A stretch of DNA of 64,000 nucleotides from assembly GCA_965249555.1 (NCBI GenBank), contig OZ252243.1, forward strand, positions 1,664,001-1,728,000. Direction: 5' to 3'. Source of the stretch: Nitrosopumilus sp. (GTDB taxonomy: Archaea > Thermoproteota > Nitrososphaeria > Nitrososphaerales > Nitrosopumilaceae). This document shows, in pieces, positions 1 through 9,978 of the stretch (positions are counted from its first letter, which is position 1; the number at the start of each line of letters is the position of its first letter). Made by a program: the position numbers and the translations under genes. Under the pieces are notes generated by a model that saw only the letters and a program-made list of their open reading frames with translations, did not search any database and had not been told where the DNA came from.

Positions 1-888
1 ATTTTGTTTGCAATATGTGTTTCAATTTTAGCTGTTGGAAAATACCATATTCTTGATAGTTTGATTAAGATTATAGTTATTGTTTTGGTAGTGTCTACGG
101 TTTCTGCTTTCTTGTTTGCATTGTATAATGGTCCCATAGAGCCAGTAGAAGGATTTGTACCAAAAGAACTTTGGAATACTTCTGGAATATTTTTCTTACT
201 TGCATTAATGGGATGGATGTCTACTGCTGTTGATCTTTCAAGCTGGAATAGTTTATGGACATTAGAGAGAATGAAACAAACTATAAACCAAAACTCATGG
301 AAACTCTTTTTGAATTCAGATTAACATATTTTATGACAGGAATTCTTGCAGTAATGTTTGTAACACTAGGTTTATTTATTTTCTATGGGTCTGGTGAAGA
401 CTTGCCAAACAACAATTCCCTTTTTGCAAACAAAGTAGTAACACTATACACTCAAACAATTGGAGATTGGAGTTATATCATAATTGCAGCATCTGCCTTT
501 ACTGTGATGTTTGGTACAATTATTGCTGTATTGGATGGATATTCTAGGTCATTGAAAAGAACCGTAGAATTGCTTTAGCAAAAAAGAGCAAAAAACAAGC
601 CCAAAATTCAATAAACTTTACGTTATTTTCTTATTTGTAATCGCTATTGGGGCTCTCACAATTGTATTTCAGTTTGAAAATAACCTAAAAGAACTAGTTG
701 ACTTTGCTACTGTTTTGTCGTTTCTAATGGCACCTGTAATTGCCGTTTTTAATTTTAGACTAGTTACAGGTAAACACCTTGCAAAAGACTCTCAACCTTC
801 TATGTTGCTGAAGCTTTTGAGTTTTGCAGGAATTGTATTTTTATCTGGATTTGCAATAGTTTTTGTTATTACTAGATTTCAATTTTGA
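1..888 (+). pseudogene. NRAMP-like divalent metal transporter, frameshifted (5' end outside window)
   Basis: Three consecutive hydrophobic frames (4-324, 255-578, and an unlisted frame from about 575 to TGA 886-888: FSKKEQ...LVDFATVLSFLMAPVIA...) join into one membrane protein with the LMGWM..AVDLS.WNSLW motif; two frameshifts, near 283 and 575. Confidence 0.75.
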
Positions 889-930
889 ATAATTAGAATT
901 GTTTAAATTAAATTCAAGTGTGAAAATGCT

Positions 931-1449
931 GTGAAAATTTCAAAAAATATGCAAAAAGCACTAAACAACCAAATCACTCTAGAAGCAAGCGCATCAAATA
1001 GCTACATGGCAATGGCATCCTGGTGTGAAGTTACAGGGTATGAAGGTGGCGCTAGTTTCTTTTATGCACAGTCAGATGAAGAGAGAACACATATGCTAAA
1101 ATTTATTCATTATTTGAATAATTTGGGTATTTCTGCAGTGATCCCTGCTACAAAATCACCTGCAAGTAATTTCAAATCTCTAGAGTCTATTCTAAAGACT
1201 GCACTAAAAAATGAACAAACTGTCACTACTGCAATTCATAAGATGGTTGAGATCTCACAAAAAGATAAAGATCATTCCACATATGCATTTCTAGAATGGT
1301 TTGTTAATGAACAAGTTCAAGAAGAAACAAAGTTTGAAACTTTGATACAAAAGTTTGAACTGATCGGAAGAGACAAGATCGCTATAAATGAGATCGACAA
1401 GACTCTGGCAGCAAATGCTACAGCTTCTGCAGCTGACACAACTGCCTAG
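931..1449 (+). CDS. ftnA: Ferritin (non-haem)
   Basis: Ferroxidase motifs LNNQITLE, EERTH, EQ, FLEWFVNEQVQEE. Confidence 0.92.
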   Translation: MKISKNMQKALNNQITLEASASNSYMAMASWCEVTGYEGGASFFYAQSDEERTHMLKFIHYLNNLGISAVIPATKSPASNFKSLESILKTALKNEQTVTTAIHKMVEISQKDKDHSTYAFLEWFVNEQVQEETKFETLIQKFELIGRDKIAINEIDKTLAANATASAADTTA

Positions 1450-1498
1450 AAAATCTTTTTTCTAAAATCATTAATACTGGATATTTTTCTCATACCTC

Positions 1499-1831
1499 AT
1501 GACAGTTATTGTAACAAGAAAACCAGGTGGTGTTACACAACTATTCAACACTGAAACTGGCAGAGTTACATACAAATGCAAAGCTGAATCTGCTTACATG
1601 CTAATTGAGGCCTTTGGTGGAATTATAAAATTCAATCATAAAGGAGCAATTGCAACTGTTACAGGTCATATAACTTCGCTTGAATCATGTGATGTAATTA
1701 AGAAAGGACATCCAAATTACAAGGAGGCATTGTCTACAATTATTTCGTCGTACAAAGAATTTTCACAAAATGTTTCTGATTCATATGCAAAAGAAATTCA
1801 AGAATTTGAAAATAAATTATCTGGTCTTTAA
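1499..1831 (+). CDS. Hypothetical protein
   Basis: 110-aa ORF, ATG start, coding-like composition. Confidence 0.7.
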   Translation: MTVIVTRKPGGVTQLFNTETGRVTYKCKAESAYMLIEAFGGIIKFNHKGAIATVTGHITSLESCDVIKKGHPNYKEALSTIISSYKEFSQNVSDSYAKEIQEFENKLSGL

Positions 1832-1834
1832 TTT

Positions 1835-1957
1835 TTAATCAACATACATGTTTCTTGCTTGGTCGTGAACTCTACCAATGTGCAATGCTAATTCTATTAG
1901 ATCTTCACCATAATACTTTCCACAAAACCTGCATTCAAATTTGTATTGATTTGACAG
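1835..1957 (-). CDS. C2H2 zinc-finger microprotein (40 aa, apparent CTG start)
   Basis: Manual translation LSNQYKFECRFCGKYYGEDLIELALHIGRVHDQARNMYVD: CxxC-x13-H-x4-H; TATA-like TTATTAATA about 25 nt upstream. Confidence 0.6.
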   Translation of the reverse strand: MSNQYKFECRFCGKYYGEDLIELALHIGRVHDQARNMYVD

Positions 1958-2001
1958 ATCTGATCGTGATATTTTGTGGTATTAATAACTGCCTGATCTA
2001 T

Positions 2002-2175
2002 TTACCCATAAATCATGCATTGTTCACATTCGCAAACTTCTTGTTGCTTTGCTTTCTTCAAACATTTTTTGTGTTGACCTGCTTGACACTGAACACAAAT
2101 CTCATCAAGATTATCTACACTTGTATATTTTTTAGATTGATCAAATCCAAACCCGCCATCTTTTGGTCCTACCAT
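2002..2175 (-). CDS. Cys-rich microprotein (57 aa)
   Basis: Manual translation MVGPKDGGFGFDQSKKYTSVDNLDEICVQCQAGQHKKCLKKAKQQEVCECEQCMIYG. Confidence 0.7.
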   Translation of the reverse strand: MVGPKDGGFGFDQSKKYTSVDNLDEICVQCQAGQHKKCLKKAKQQEVCECEQCMIYG

Positions 2176-2209
2176 GTTTTATCATAATTGATGTAGTATT
2201 TTTACTTCA

Positions 2210-2509
2210 CTAATTGATTGCAGATTTTATTGTATCTTGCAATTCTTTTTTGTGTGTTTCAATGATTCCTCGTATTTCAAAAGTATCTACGTATCCTCCA
2301 GCTGATGCACGAGTTGCTTTGAGCAGATAATGTAAAGATCCCTCTTCAATTTTTCCAACATAGTATCCATAAAGAAAATCTAATTCATCATCACACTTCC
2401 AGATTTGTTTGATGTGTGGAAATGTTTGTTTAATTTCAGTTGGTATCTCTTGAATTCTCCTTTTGATGTATTGATCAAGTGATTTTCTAATTGAAGAGTC
2501 TTGGAGCAA
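2210..2509 (-). CDS. Hypothetical protein
   Basis: 99-aa ORF; W...DFLYGYYVG motif resembles that of 8189-8488. Confidence 0.75.
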   Translation of the reverse strand: MLQDSSIRKSLDQYIKRRIQEIPTEIKQTFPHIKQIWKCDDELDFLYGYYVGKIEEGSLHYLLKATRASAGGYVDTFEIRGIIETHKKELQDTIKSAIN

Positions 2510-2538
2510 TTCTAATGTTGTTTGGCAACACTTGTTTT

Positions 2539-2688
2539 TTAGTCATTATCTTCCTCGTCTTTTTTTCCATTTTCTGGCTTGTCCCACATATGCATGGTTC
2601 CGCGAATCATAAAAGAACCCACAATTATTGCTACTAATCCACCAACAATAAAGACAAAAAAATTTCCAATATCTTTGATACCTGCCAA
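2539..2688 (-). CDS. Single-TM microprotein (49 aa)
   Basis: Manual translation MAGIKDIGNFFVFIVGGLVAIIVGSFMIRGTMHMWDKPENGKKDEEDND, TTG start. Confidence 0.6.
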   Translation of the reverse strand: MAGIKDIGNFFVFIVGGLVAIIVGSFMIRGTMHMWDKPENGKKDEEDND

Positions 2689-2773
2689 TAGTGTTATTTA
2701 CTGCCAGTCTAATTATAACTGTCTAGGGAAATTTAATTAGATTCAATAGTAAGTTTGAAAATTTTTGTTTATA

Positions 2774-2872
2774 ATGTCTAAACCTAAACAAGTTGTCGCT
2801 TGGATCGCACTTATTACAGGTGGAATTGGATTTTTCTTCTTTTCTCAATGGATGACTGAAGTTATGCGATAA
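2774..2872 (+). CDS. Single-TM microprotein (32 aa)
   Basis: MSKPKQVVAWIALITGGIGFFFFSQWMTEVMR. Confidence 0.5.
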   Translation: MSKPKQVVAWIALITGGIGFFFFSQWMTEVMR

Positions 2873-2917
2873 TCTTGAAAACTAATTACATTGTAGTCAT
2901 TTGTAGTAACAATCAAT

Positions 2918-3358
2918 ATGATTAGTCACGAGATTAAAAAATTTCTAGATATTCAAAAGCTAGGTTATGTGGCAACTGTTGACTCTGATGGTAAACCAAA
3001 CCTTTCTCCAAAAGGAACTATCATTGCTTGGACATCAGAACTTTTGGCATTTGCAGATATTCGCTCACCTGATACTGTAAAAAATTTACAAAATAATCCT
3101 TATGTGGAAATTAATGTAATTGACCCTCTTCTACGAAAAGGCTATCTATTCAAAGGCCAAGCTCGAATTATTAAGGATAATTCCCTATATGAGGAGATTC
3201 TTAGTAATTATAGAAAAAAAGGAATCAAGAGTCCAATTAATTCAATTGTCTTAGTTGATGTCTCTGATGTATCTGAAGTGACTTCTCCATTGTATGATAT
3301 GGGAATTTCAGAACAAGAAATTAAATCAAAATGGAAAAAGTATTTTGAAAGTTTATGA
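2918..3358 (+). CDS. Pyridoxamine 5'-phosphate oxidase-like flavin (FMN/F420)-binding protein
   Basis: YVATVDSDGKPNLSPKG, TVKNLQNNPYVEI, GYLFKG motifs. Confidence 0.88.
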   Translation: MISHEIKKFLDIQKLGYVATVDSDGKPNLSPKGTIIAWTSELLAFADIRSPDTVKNLQNNPYVEINVIDPLLRKGYLFKGQARIIKDNSLYEEILSNYRKKGIKSPINSIVLVDVSDVSEVTSPLYDMGISEQEIKSKWKKYFESL

Positions 3359-3361
3359 TTA

Positions 3362-4156
3362 TTAAAATGATTTTGTTGATGCCTTGAGTTTTTCTAATTC
3401 TTTTTTAGTTTTTTCGTGTTCTTTTCTTTCCTCTTCTACAAGTAATTGAAGTGCTTCGAGTTCTTTTTGTGCCATGTTAAGCTTTGATTTTAATGATCCT
3501 ACTACTACACTTGCTGCTTCAATAACTCCTGCAGAACTTTTTTGATTTGCGTTCGTTCCTTGGATGAATTCTTTTTCTTTTGAAGTTAGAATACTTGTAT
3601 CTTGAAAATGATCCTTCTTATCTAGTTCTTCTTTTGCATTATACAGTCTAATCCTTGCTTCATCTAATTCTTTTCCATATTCTATCTGTTGTTTTTTAAT
3701 ATTCTGGAGTAGTGATTGTTCTTGTGATCTTTGTTCTTTAATTTTATCATACTCTTTTGTCATTTCATCTAATTCTTGTTTTATTTTTGAAAAATTTTCT
3801 TCAGTTTTATTAAATTCACTAACTGCTTTTGAATCTTTAATTTGTTCAGCATTTTTAATTTTTTCTTTAATCTCTCTGTGTTCTCGTTGGACTACATCCA
3901 GTTCCATCTTTTTTTGATTGATCTCTTTTTTAACTACCATTAAATTACTAACAACATAATTGTATTCTTCTTTTACTGTTTTAATTTTATGTGTAATATC
4001 ATCAAGCTCCTCTTGTTTTAGTCTACACTCCTTTTGAATTTTTTCTACTTCAGTTTCTAACTCTTCTTTTAGTATGTGTTCTTCACTTTTATCAGAAATT
4101 GTTTCTTCTACTTTTTTCTTTCCAAATAGTCCCATATCATTACCACTTATTCCCAA
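3362..4156 (-). CDS. Long coiled-coil protein
   Basis: E/K-rich heptad pattern; probable start MGLFGKKK. Confidence 0.75.
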   Translation of the reverse strand: MGISGNDMGLFGKKKVEETISDKSEEHILKEELETEVEKIQKECRLKQEELDDITHKIKTVKEEYNYVVSNLMVVKKEINQKKMELDVVQREHREIKEKIKNAEQIKDSKAVSEFNKTEENFSKIKQELDEMTKEYDKIKEQRSQEQSLLQNIKKQQIEYGKELDEARIRLYNAKEELDKKDHFQDTSILTSKEKEFIQGTNANQKSSAGVIEAASVVVGSLKSKLNMAQKELEALQLLVEEERKEHEKTKKELEKLKASTKSF

Positions 4157-4171
4157 AAGATGAATCTTTCT

Positions 4172-4372
4172 TTACTTTTGTTTAACCCTGTCTCTAAAAA
4201 ATTTGAGATAAAATCCAATACTGCCAATAATTATTCCGCCAAGCAAGGCCATCGTGCCTAATTCTGGCATTTCTGGGTATATGTTTGGTGCAAGAAATAG
4301 TAATAATGCACCTAAAATTATCAGAGCAAATCCGCCATTATTTCTTGATCTGTTATGTTCTCCATGAACCAT
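4172..4372 (-). CDS. Small two-TM membrane protein
   Basis: Two hydrophobic segments, abuts lysS. Confidence 0.7.
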   Translation of the reverse strand: MVHGEHNRSRNNGGFALIILGALLLFLAPNIYPEMPELGTMALLGGIIIGSIGFYLKFFRDRVKQK

Positions 4373-4374
4373 GA

Positions 4375-5964
4375 TTATGCATACTCTGAAAGTGTTTTTG
4401 CTACTTGTTTTCTTCCAATGTCTGAAATGAAAGGTCCTATCTTTGGCCCTCTTGATGTTCCTAATATTATTTGGTATAGTACTTTGAAGAAATCTTTTGG
4501 TTGTACATCATTTGATTTTGCAATCTGATAAATTGTATTTTGAATGTCTTCTGGTTCTTTTTCTGCACTAAGTGTATCTACAAGTATCTTTAATGCATTT
4601 TTTATGGAATTATCTAAATCTATTTGTATTTTTTCTTGTTCATCAAACTCATCTGAAAAGCTTCCTGCAAGATCAATGAGTTTTTCAATTGCTGGCTCAG
4701 GGTTTTTTATTACTCCATAATCTAGCAATTTTTTCATTACTCTTTCCCCTCTGTCTTCTTTGAATATTTTTGTTAATTCAATTAAAAGTCTATAGTTAAC
4801 ATGCATGCTTGATTGTTTTGGAGGCGTAAGGAGATTCACATATTCATAGAGTCCTTTTAATTTTGTTAGTTTAGCTTGGTTGTCTATTTTGATTCTTCCA
4901 AAGTAAGTGTCTTCTAATTCGTTATATTCATTCATCAAAGATGGAATGTCTTCAAATCCAAGTTCTCGTGCACCTGTAATTCTTTTGTATAGTAATAATA
5001 GAATTGATTTTGGACTACCATACTCTAACCATTTTTGTGCAGTTATAACATTGCCCAATGATTTTGAAATCTTTTTTCCTCCTTTGTCTAAGAACATTTC
5101 ATATTTTACATGATGCGGATGTGGAAATCCTAAAATTTCATCTGCTACCCAGTCATTTACCTTTACAGAATCCATTATGTCTTTTCCATATGCTTCAAAT
5201 CTGATGTCAAATGCTGACCATCTTGCTGCAAATTCTACTTTCCATGCTAGTTTTCCAAGATCCTTTGTGATGTCTGCCTCTCCTTCATGACCACACCCAT
5301 TGATCCTTTTTGAGCCAATTTCAACATCATGGCATCTGTACTTTACTTTTTTTTCATCAGCAATGTATTCTGTAGATTCTGCTGTGTATAGACGACTACA
5401 CTCTGCGCAAACTGGAAAATATGGCAGGTATTTTTGATATTTTTCCTGTCCCACAAGATCTGAAATTTTTTTTCCAATCTTTGTACTGTTTTGCAAGATT
5501 GTATGAATTTGGTCTTTTAGTAATCCTTGCTTGTAAGTATCAACAGCTCTTCTAAACTCGTACTTTATCCCTACTTTGTCAAGTCCATCTAAAAGAATAC
5601 TGCTCATATGCATGCCGTATGATTCATGACATCCATAAGGATCAGGAATTAGTGATACTGGTTTTGCTATGTGTTCTTCTAAATTAAATTGCTGCATCCC
5701 TTCTGGAATTTTTCTTAATCCGTCTAGATCATCTGAATAAGCAATTAGTTCTGATTTGTAACCAAAATTTTCTAATGCTAATTTAACCCCATACGCCCTT
5801 ACTGCGTCTCCTAAACTCCCAATATGTGGAATTCCTGATGCACCAAGACCACTTTCAACTTTGAGAACATCTAAATTTCTTCCAAGAGATTTTTCACGTT
5901 CAAGTAATTCATAAGCTAATTTGTCTATCCAAGTTCCTTTTCCAATAACTTCTTGTTCTGACAT
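4375..5964 (-). CDS. lysS: Lysine--tRNA ligase, class I
   Basis: ASGIPHIGS (HIGH), KISKSLGN (KMSKS), KLAWKVEFAARW, C-terminal GPKIG. Confidence 0.96.
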   Translation of the reverse strand: MSEQEVIGKGTWIDKLAYELLEREKSLGRNLDVLKVESGLGASGIPHIGSLGDAVRAYGVKLALENFGYKSELIAYSDDLDGLRKIPEGMQQFNLEEHIAKPVSLIPDPYGCHESYGMHMSSILLDGLDKVGIKYEFRRAVDTYKQGLLKDQIHTILQNSTKIGKKISDLVGQEKYQKYLPYFPVCAECSRLYTAESTEYIADEKKVKYRCHDVEIGSKRINGCGHEGEADITKDLGKLAWKVEFAARWSAFDIRFEAYGKDIMDSVKVNDWVADEILGFPHPHHVKYEMFLDKGGKKISKSLGNVITAQKWLEYGSPKSILLLLYKRITGARELGFEDIPSLMNEYNELEDTYFGRIKIDNQAKLTKLKGLYEYVNLLTPPKQSSMHVNYRLLIELTKIFKEDRGERVMKKLLDYGVIKNPEPAIEKLIDLAGSFSDEFDEQEKIQIDLDNSIKNALKILVDTLSAEKEPEDIQNTIYQIAKSNDVQPKDFFKVLYQIILGTSRGPKIGPFISDIGRKQVAKTLSEYA

Positions 5965-5973
5965 CTCTTTTCA

Positions 5974-7560
5974 CTAATTCAATGTTTTGGACATGTATGG
6001 CCCATATAACGAATACCCTAACTTTTGATAATATTCTCTTGTACCAACTGCACTAATAACTAACATTTTCTTTGCATCAAATTCTTCTTTGGAAATTTTT
6101 TCTGCCTCTTTCATTAAATTTTTTCCTAACCCTGAATGTTGAATCTCATTTTCTTCTTTCTCTCCAAGTTTCAATGATTTTCCATAGACATGAATCTCTC
6201 TTACAATACATGTATCTTGTTTTATCTCATCTCTGTGAGCATTATTGCTTGGTTTTCTTAATCTCAAAAACCCATAGATGGATTCATTCTTGTCTTCATA
6301 AGACAAAAACACCTCTTTTCCATCTGAGGAGTCATAATTTATTCTGTTTAGTTTCACATCTCCACCATCTGATTTTTTGTTAGAAAGTCCTGCTTCTCTA
6401 CATCTGATACATCTACATGAAAGCCCCTGTTTGGCTAAATTCTGATGGACGATTTGTCTTAGATTACCTGATTTTGGTCCTGCAATGATCTCATTTGGAG
6501 AAATTTCTCTTTGTACACGCATGATTCTGACCCATTTTGGAACATTCTTTTTTGCTTCTGTTAATACCCTGATCATGTCTTCATCAGAGTATGGAGTGTA
6601 TTTTCCTTGTTTGTATTCTTCATAGAGTGGTGTGTTTTCAATTACTAGTGATGGATAAATCTTCAACATGTCTGGACGTAACTGTGAATCAGAAAATAGT
6701 TTTTTAAAATCAGCAATGTCTTCTTCTGGTGTCATTGTAGGCAAACCTGGCATCATATGCGCAACAATTTTGTAACCTGCATCTTTTGAAATTTGAAATG
6801 ATTCTGTCACATCATTATAGTTGTGACCTCTGTTAACTATTTCATAAACTCGTTCTTGTAATGATTGTACCCCTATCTCTATTCGTGTGATTCCATAGTT
6901 TAACATTAAATCTATATCTTTTTTCTTACAATAGTCTGGTTTTGTTTCAATTGTAAATCCTACATTTCTTATCTGTGCATGTTCGTTATTTGATTTAGCT
7001 TCTTGCAAATCTTTTGAATCTGTTCCATTTAGCGCATCATAACATGATTTGATAAAATTCTCTTGATAGTCTTTTGGCATAAAGAGAAAAGTACCTCCAA
7101 CAATTACGATCTCCATTTTAGATGTATCATGTCCAAATGCAATTAGCTTGTCAATTTTTGACATGATTTGTAATTTGGGATCATATTGATTTCCAATTGC
7201 GTTAAGTGTAGATGGTTCTTTTCCTGTGTAGCTGTTTGGAGTATTAAATTCAATTCCACCTGGACAATATGTACATCTGCCATGTGGACATGCATATGGT
7301 TTTGGCATGAGTGCAATCACTGCTACTCCTGATGCAGTTTTAACTGGTTTTTTCAACAAAACTTTTCTTAATTTATCAAAATCGGATTCTTTTGCCATTG
7401 ATAAAATCTCATGATTTTTTGGAATTCTATCAAGTGAATATTTGGCACAAATTTTTATGATTTCTTGTTTTACCTGTTTTTTACTAGGATCATTGATTGT
7501 CAGCAAGTTCTGAGTGATTTCACTACATGCTTTAGACAAAATAGAATCTAATTTACTCAT
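5974..7560 (-). CDS. elp3: Elongator Elp3 tRNA U34 carboxymethyltransferase (radical SAM + KAT)
   Basis: CPHGRCTYCP, ETKPD, LKIYP, CRCIRCRE, QHSGLGK, ISAVGTREYY. Confidence 0.95.
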   Translation of the reverse strand: MSKLDSILSKACSEITQNLLTINDPSKKQVKQEIIKICAKYSLDRIPKNHEILSMAKESDFDKLRKVLLKKPVKTASGVAVIALMPKPYACPHGRCTYCPGGIEFNTPNSYTGKEPSTLNAIGNQYDPKLQIMSKIDKLIAFGHDTSKMEIVIVGGTFLFMPKDYQENFIKSCYDALNGTDSKDLQEAKSNNEHAQIRNVGFTIETKPDYCKKKDIDLMLNYGITRIEIGVQSLQERVYEIVNRGHNYNDVTESFQISKDAGYKIVAHMMPGLPTMTPEEDIADFKKLFSDSQLRPDMLKIYPSLVIENTPLYEEYKQGKYTPYSDEDMIRVLTEAKKNVPKWVRIMRVQREISPNEIIAGPKSGNLRQIVHQNLAKQGLSCRCIRCREAGLSNKKSDGGDVKLNRINYDSSDGKEVFLSYEDKNESIYGFLRLRKPSNNAHRDEIKQDTCIVREIHVYGKSLKLGEKEENEIQHSGLGKNLMKEAEKISKEEFDAKKMLVISAVGTREYYQKLGYSLYGPYMSKTLN

Positions 7561-7616
7561 GAATTCTCATACTAATTTGGACATAAATTCGTTAAATAAC
7601 TTGGTTTACCTGAAAT

Positions 7617-8066
7617 CTATCTTCGTCTACTTGTCTTTCTCTTAGCTTTAGTTCCTTTTCTAGCTGATTTTCTCTTTACACTCTTTCTAGCTGATTTTCT
7701 CTTTACACTCTTTCTAGCTGATTTTCTCTTTACACTCTTTCTAGCTGATTTTCTCTTTACACTCTTTCTAGCTGATTTTCTCTTTACACTCTTTCTAGCT
7801 GATTTTCTCTTTACACTCTTTCTAGCTGATTTTCTCTTTACACTCTTTCTAGCTGATTTTCTCTTTACACTCTTTCTAGCTGATTTTCTCTTTACACTCT
7901 TTCTAGCTGATTTTCTCTTTACACTCTTTCTAGCTGATTTTCTCTTAGTTGATTTTTTTGTAACATTCTTTTTGATAATTTTTAATTCGTTTAGTGCTTC
8001 CTGAATTCCTTTAATCTGTGCGATCATGTTTGCTCTGAATGACTCGTTGCTTATTTCTGCTGACAT
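7617..8066 (-). CDS. Highly basic histone H1/protamine-like protein
   Basis: Short coiled N-terminus followed by 10 x KRKSARKSV plus a final KRKSARK. Confidence 0.75.
   Translation of the reverse strand: MSAEISNESFRANMIAQIKGIQEALNELKIIKKNVTKKSTKRKSARKSVKRKSARKSVKRKSARKSVKRKSARKSVKRKSARKSVKRKSARKSVKRKSARKSVKRKSARKSVKRKSARKSVKRKSARKSVKRKSARKGTKAKRKTSRRR
7656..7946. repeat. Perfect 27-bp tandem repeat (CTCTTTCTAGCTGATTTTCTCTTTACA), about 10.8 copies
   Basis: Nine identical full units 7681-7923 plus partial units on both sides. Confidence 0.97.
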
Positions 8067-8188
8067 ATGCTGTCATTTCAATTTTTTTATATCATTTAAG
8101 ACTTTGTGACTTGTAGTTTGAGTAATCCATCTATTATTACTGATAAACTTCTTTTGGCATTCAATTGTTATCTGTGGATGCTGTGATT

Positions 8189-8488
8189 TTATACTTTGTA
8201 GAAAAAGTGTATGTCTGCAAAACTTTTTTTAATCTCATCTTTACGTGATTCAACCATTTTTGTCATTTCCGTTAAATCTTCATTTGCAGGAAGTTTACCA
8301 TATTTTGCAATATAATATCCAAGAGTTATTCCAGTTACTACCCCTGCTTTATGACCATATTTGAAATCTTCTTCAGATCTAAATTTCCAATGTTCCTGAT
8401 CACATTCGTGTGTCTGGATTCCATGAGGGATAAGGCATTCATCAATCAACGAACTTATTTTATCTTTGAATTCTTTTTCTAATACCAT
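8189..8488 (-). CDS. Hypothetical protein
   Basis: 99-aa ORF; W.FRSEEDFKYG motif. Confidence 0.7.
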   Translation of the reverse strand: MVLEKEFKDKISSLIDECLIPHGIQTHECDQEHWKFRSEEDFKYGHKAGVVTGITLGYYIAKYGKLPANEDLTEMTKMVESRKDEIKKSFADIHFFYKV

Positions 8489-8530
8489 GCTTTACACCAA
8501 CTCATCTCAAATAAAAAGCCAAAGATATTG

Positions 8531-9943
8531 TTATACATTTAGCATAATCCTTACCAAATATACTACTGTGCCAATTGCAACTGTTACAACCATGTATGGC
8601 ATTCCTTTTATGATGAAATCTTTGAACATCATACGATAACCGTGCCTTTCCATAACTGCAATGGCTACAAGATTTGCACTTGCACCAATTAAAGTTCCAT
8701 TTCCTCCAAAATCTGCACCTATTGCTAATGCATACCACAAAGGATTGTAATCGAAAGTACCTAATCTTTCTGCTATGACTGGGTCTAGTGAAATGTTTTC
8801 AATAATTGGAATCATTGTGGCAGTATAAGGGATATTGTCCACAAATGCTGAAGCAAATGCGGATGACCATATAATCATGACTGCTGTTGCTTCAAAATTA
8901 CCCCCAGTCGCAATAACTATTTGATGAGCAAAGAGTTCCAGCGCTCCTGTTAATTCAACACCTGATACAATAATGAACAATCCTGCGAAAAACATCAAGG
9001 TAGTCCATTCTACATGAACAAATGCTTTTCCTGGATGAATTTTTGTGATTACCAAAAGAATTGCAGCTCCCGCCAATGCAATAATTGAAACTTCCATATC
9101 TAAAACTCCATGGAACATAAATGCCATAACTACTCCAAAAAGAACTATCACACTTTTTTTGAGTAGTACAGGATCTTTGATTTCTTTTTTTTCATCAATT
9201 TGCATAAGTTTCTCAACATTCTCTGGCTTTTGTTTAAGATCTTTTCTAAACAAGAGTTTGAGAACAACTAAAGATGCTAAAAATGTGATAATAACTTCTG
9301 GAGTCATGTGGTATGCAAAATTCATAAACTCAAGATTTGCAGCAGATGCAATCAAAATGTTGGGAGGATCACCAATTAGAGTAGCTGCACCACCAATGTT
9401 TGATGCAAAAATTTCTGCAAGAATGATAGATATTGGATTTATGTTTAGAACTCTTGCAATAGAAATAGTTACAGGAACCATAAGAAGAACCATAGTAACA
9501 TTATCCAAAAATGCAGAACCTACTGCTGTAATAACTGACAACAATAACAAAAGCTTCCAAACATTTCCCTTGGACAGTTTTGCTGCCTTGATTCCTATGT
9601 ACTGAAAAATTCCTGTCTCTCCAAGAATTCCAACAATTATCATCATTCCCAAAAGTAATCCAATTGTGTTGAAGTCAATGGATCCTATTACAAAGTCAAC
9701 ACTATCATGTGCAGGAATTAGACCCGTGTAAATTAGAACAATAAGAATGATGAGTGCTCCAATCATCGCAAGTGCTGTTCTGTGAATTACTTCTGTAACT
9801 AAAATCACGTAAATTCCAATCAAAACTGACATGGTTAACGCCATTGCAACTGTAAACTCCAACCCAATCATTTCAGGTAATGTAAACATCATAACGACTA
9901 CAACGACAAGCGTGATTCCAATAATTGGCATAATTTTTTGCAA
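8531..9943 (-). CDS. ArsB/NhaD (P-protein-like) ion transporter
   Basis: SAFLDNVT, ASNIGGAATLIGDPPNI, SAFVDNIP, GGNGTLIGASAN. Confidence 0.9.
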   Translation of the reverse strand: MQKIMPIIGITLVVVVVMMFTLPEMIGLEFTVAMALTMSVLIGIYVILVTEVIHRTALAMIGALIILIVLIYTGLIPAHDSVDFVIGSIDFNTIGLLLGMMIIVGILGETGIFQYIGIKAAKLSKGNVWKLLLLLSVITAVGSAFLDNVTMVLLMVPVTISIARVLNINPISIILAEIFASNIGGAATLIGDPPNILIASAANLEFMNFAYHMTPEVIITFLASLVVLKLLFRKDLKQKPENVEKLMQIDEKKEIKDPVLLKKSVIVLFGVVMAFMFHGVLDMEVSIIALAGAAILLVITKIHPGKAFVHVEWTTLMFFAGLFIIVSGVELTGALELFAHQIVIATGGNFEATAVMIIWSSAFASAFVDNIPYTATMIPIIENISLDPVIAERLGTFDYNPLWYALAIGADFGGNGTLIGASANLVAIAVMERHGYRMMFKDFIIKGMPYMVVTVAIGTVVYLVRIMLNV

Positions 9944-9978
9944 TATCTACGACCAATTTTGGTTAAAATTGAGGCTAT

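Noticed and set aside
1855-2187. 110-aa plus-strand ORF
   Set aside because: Antisense shadow of two motif-bearing minus-strand microproteins
7656-7946. Possible CRISPR array
   Set aside because: Head-to-tail repeats with no spacers, in frame within a coding sequence
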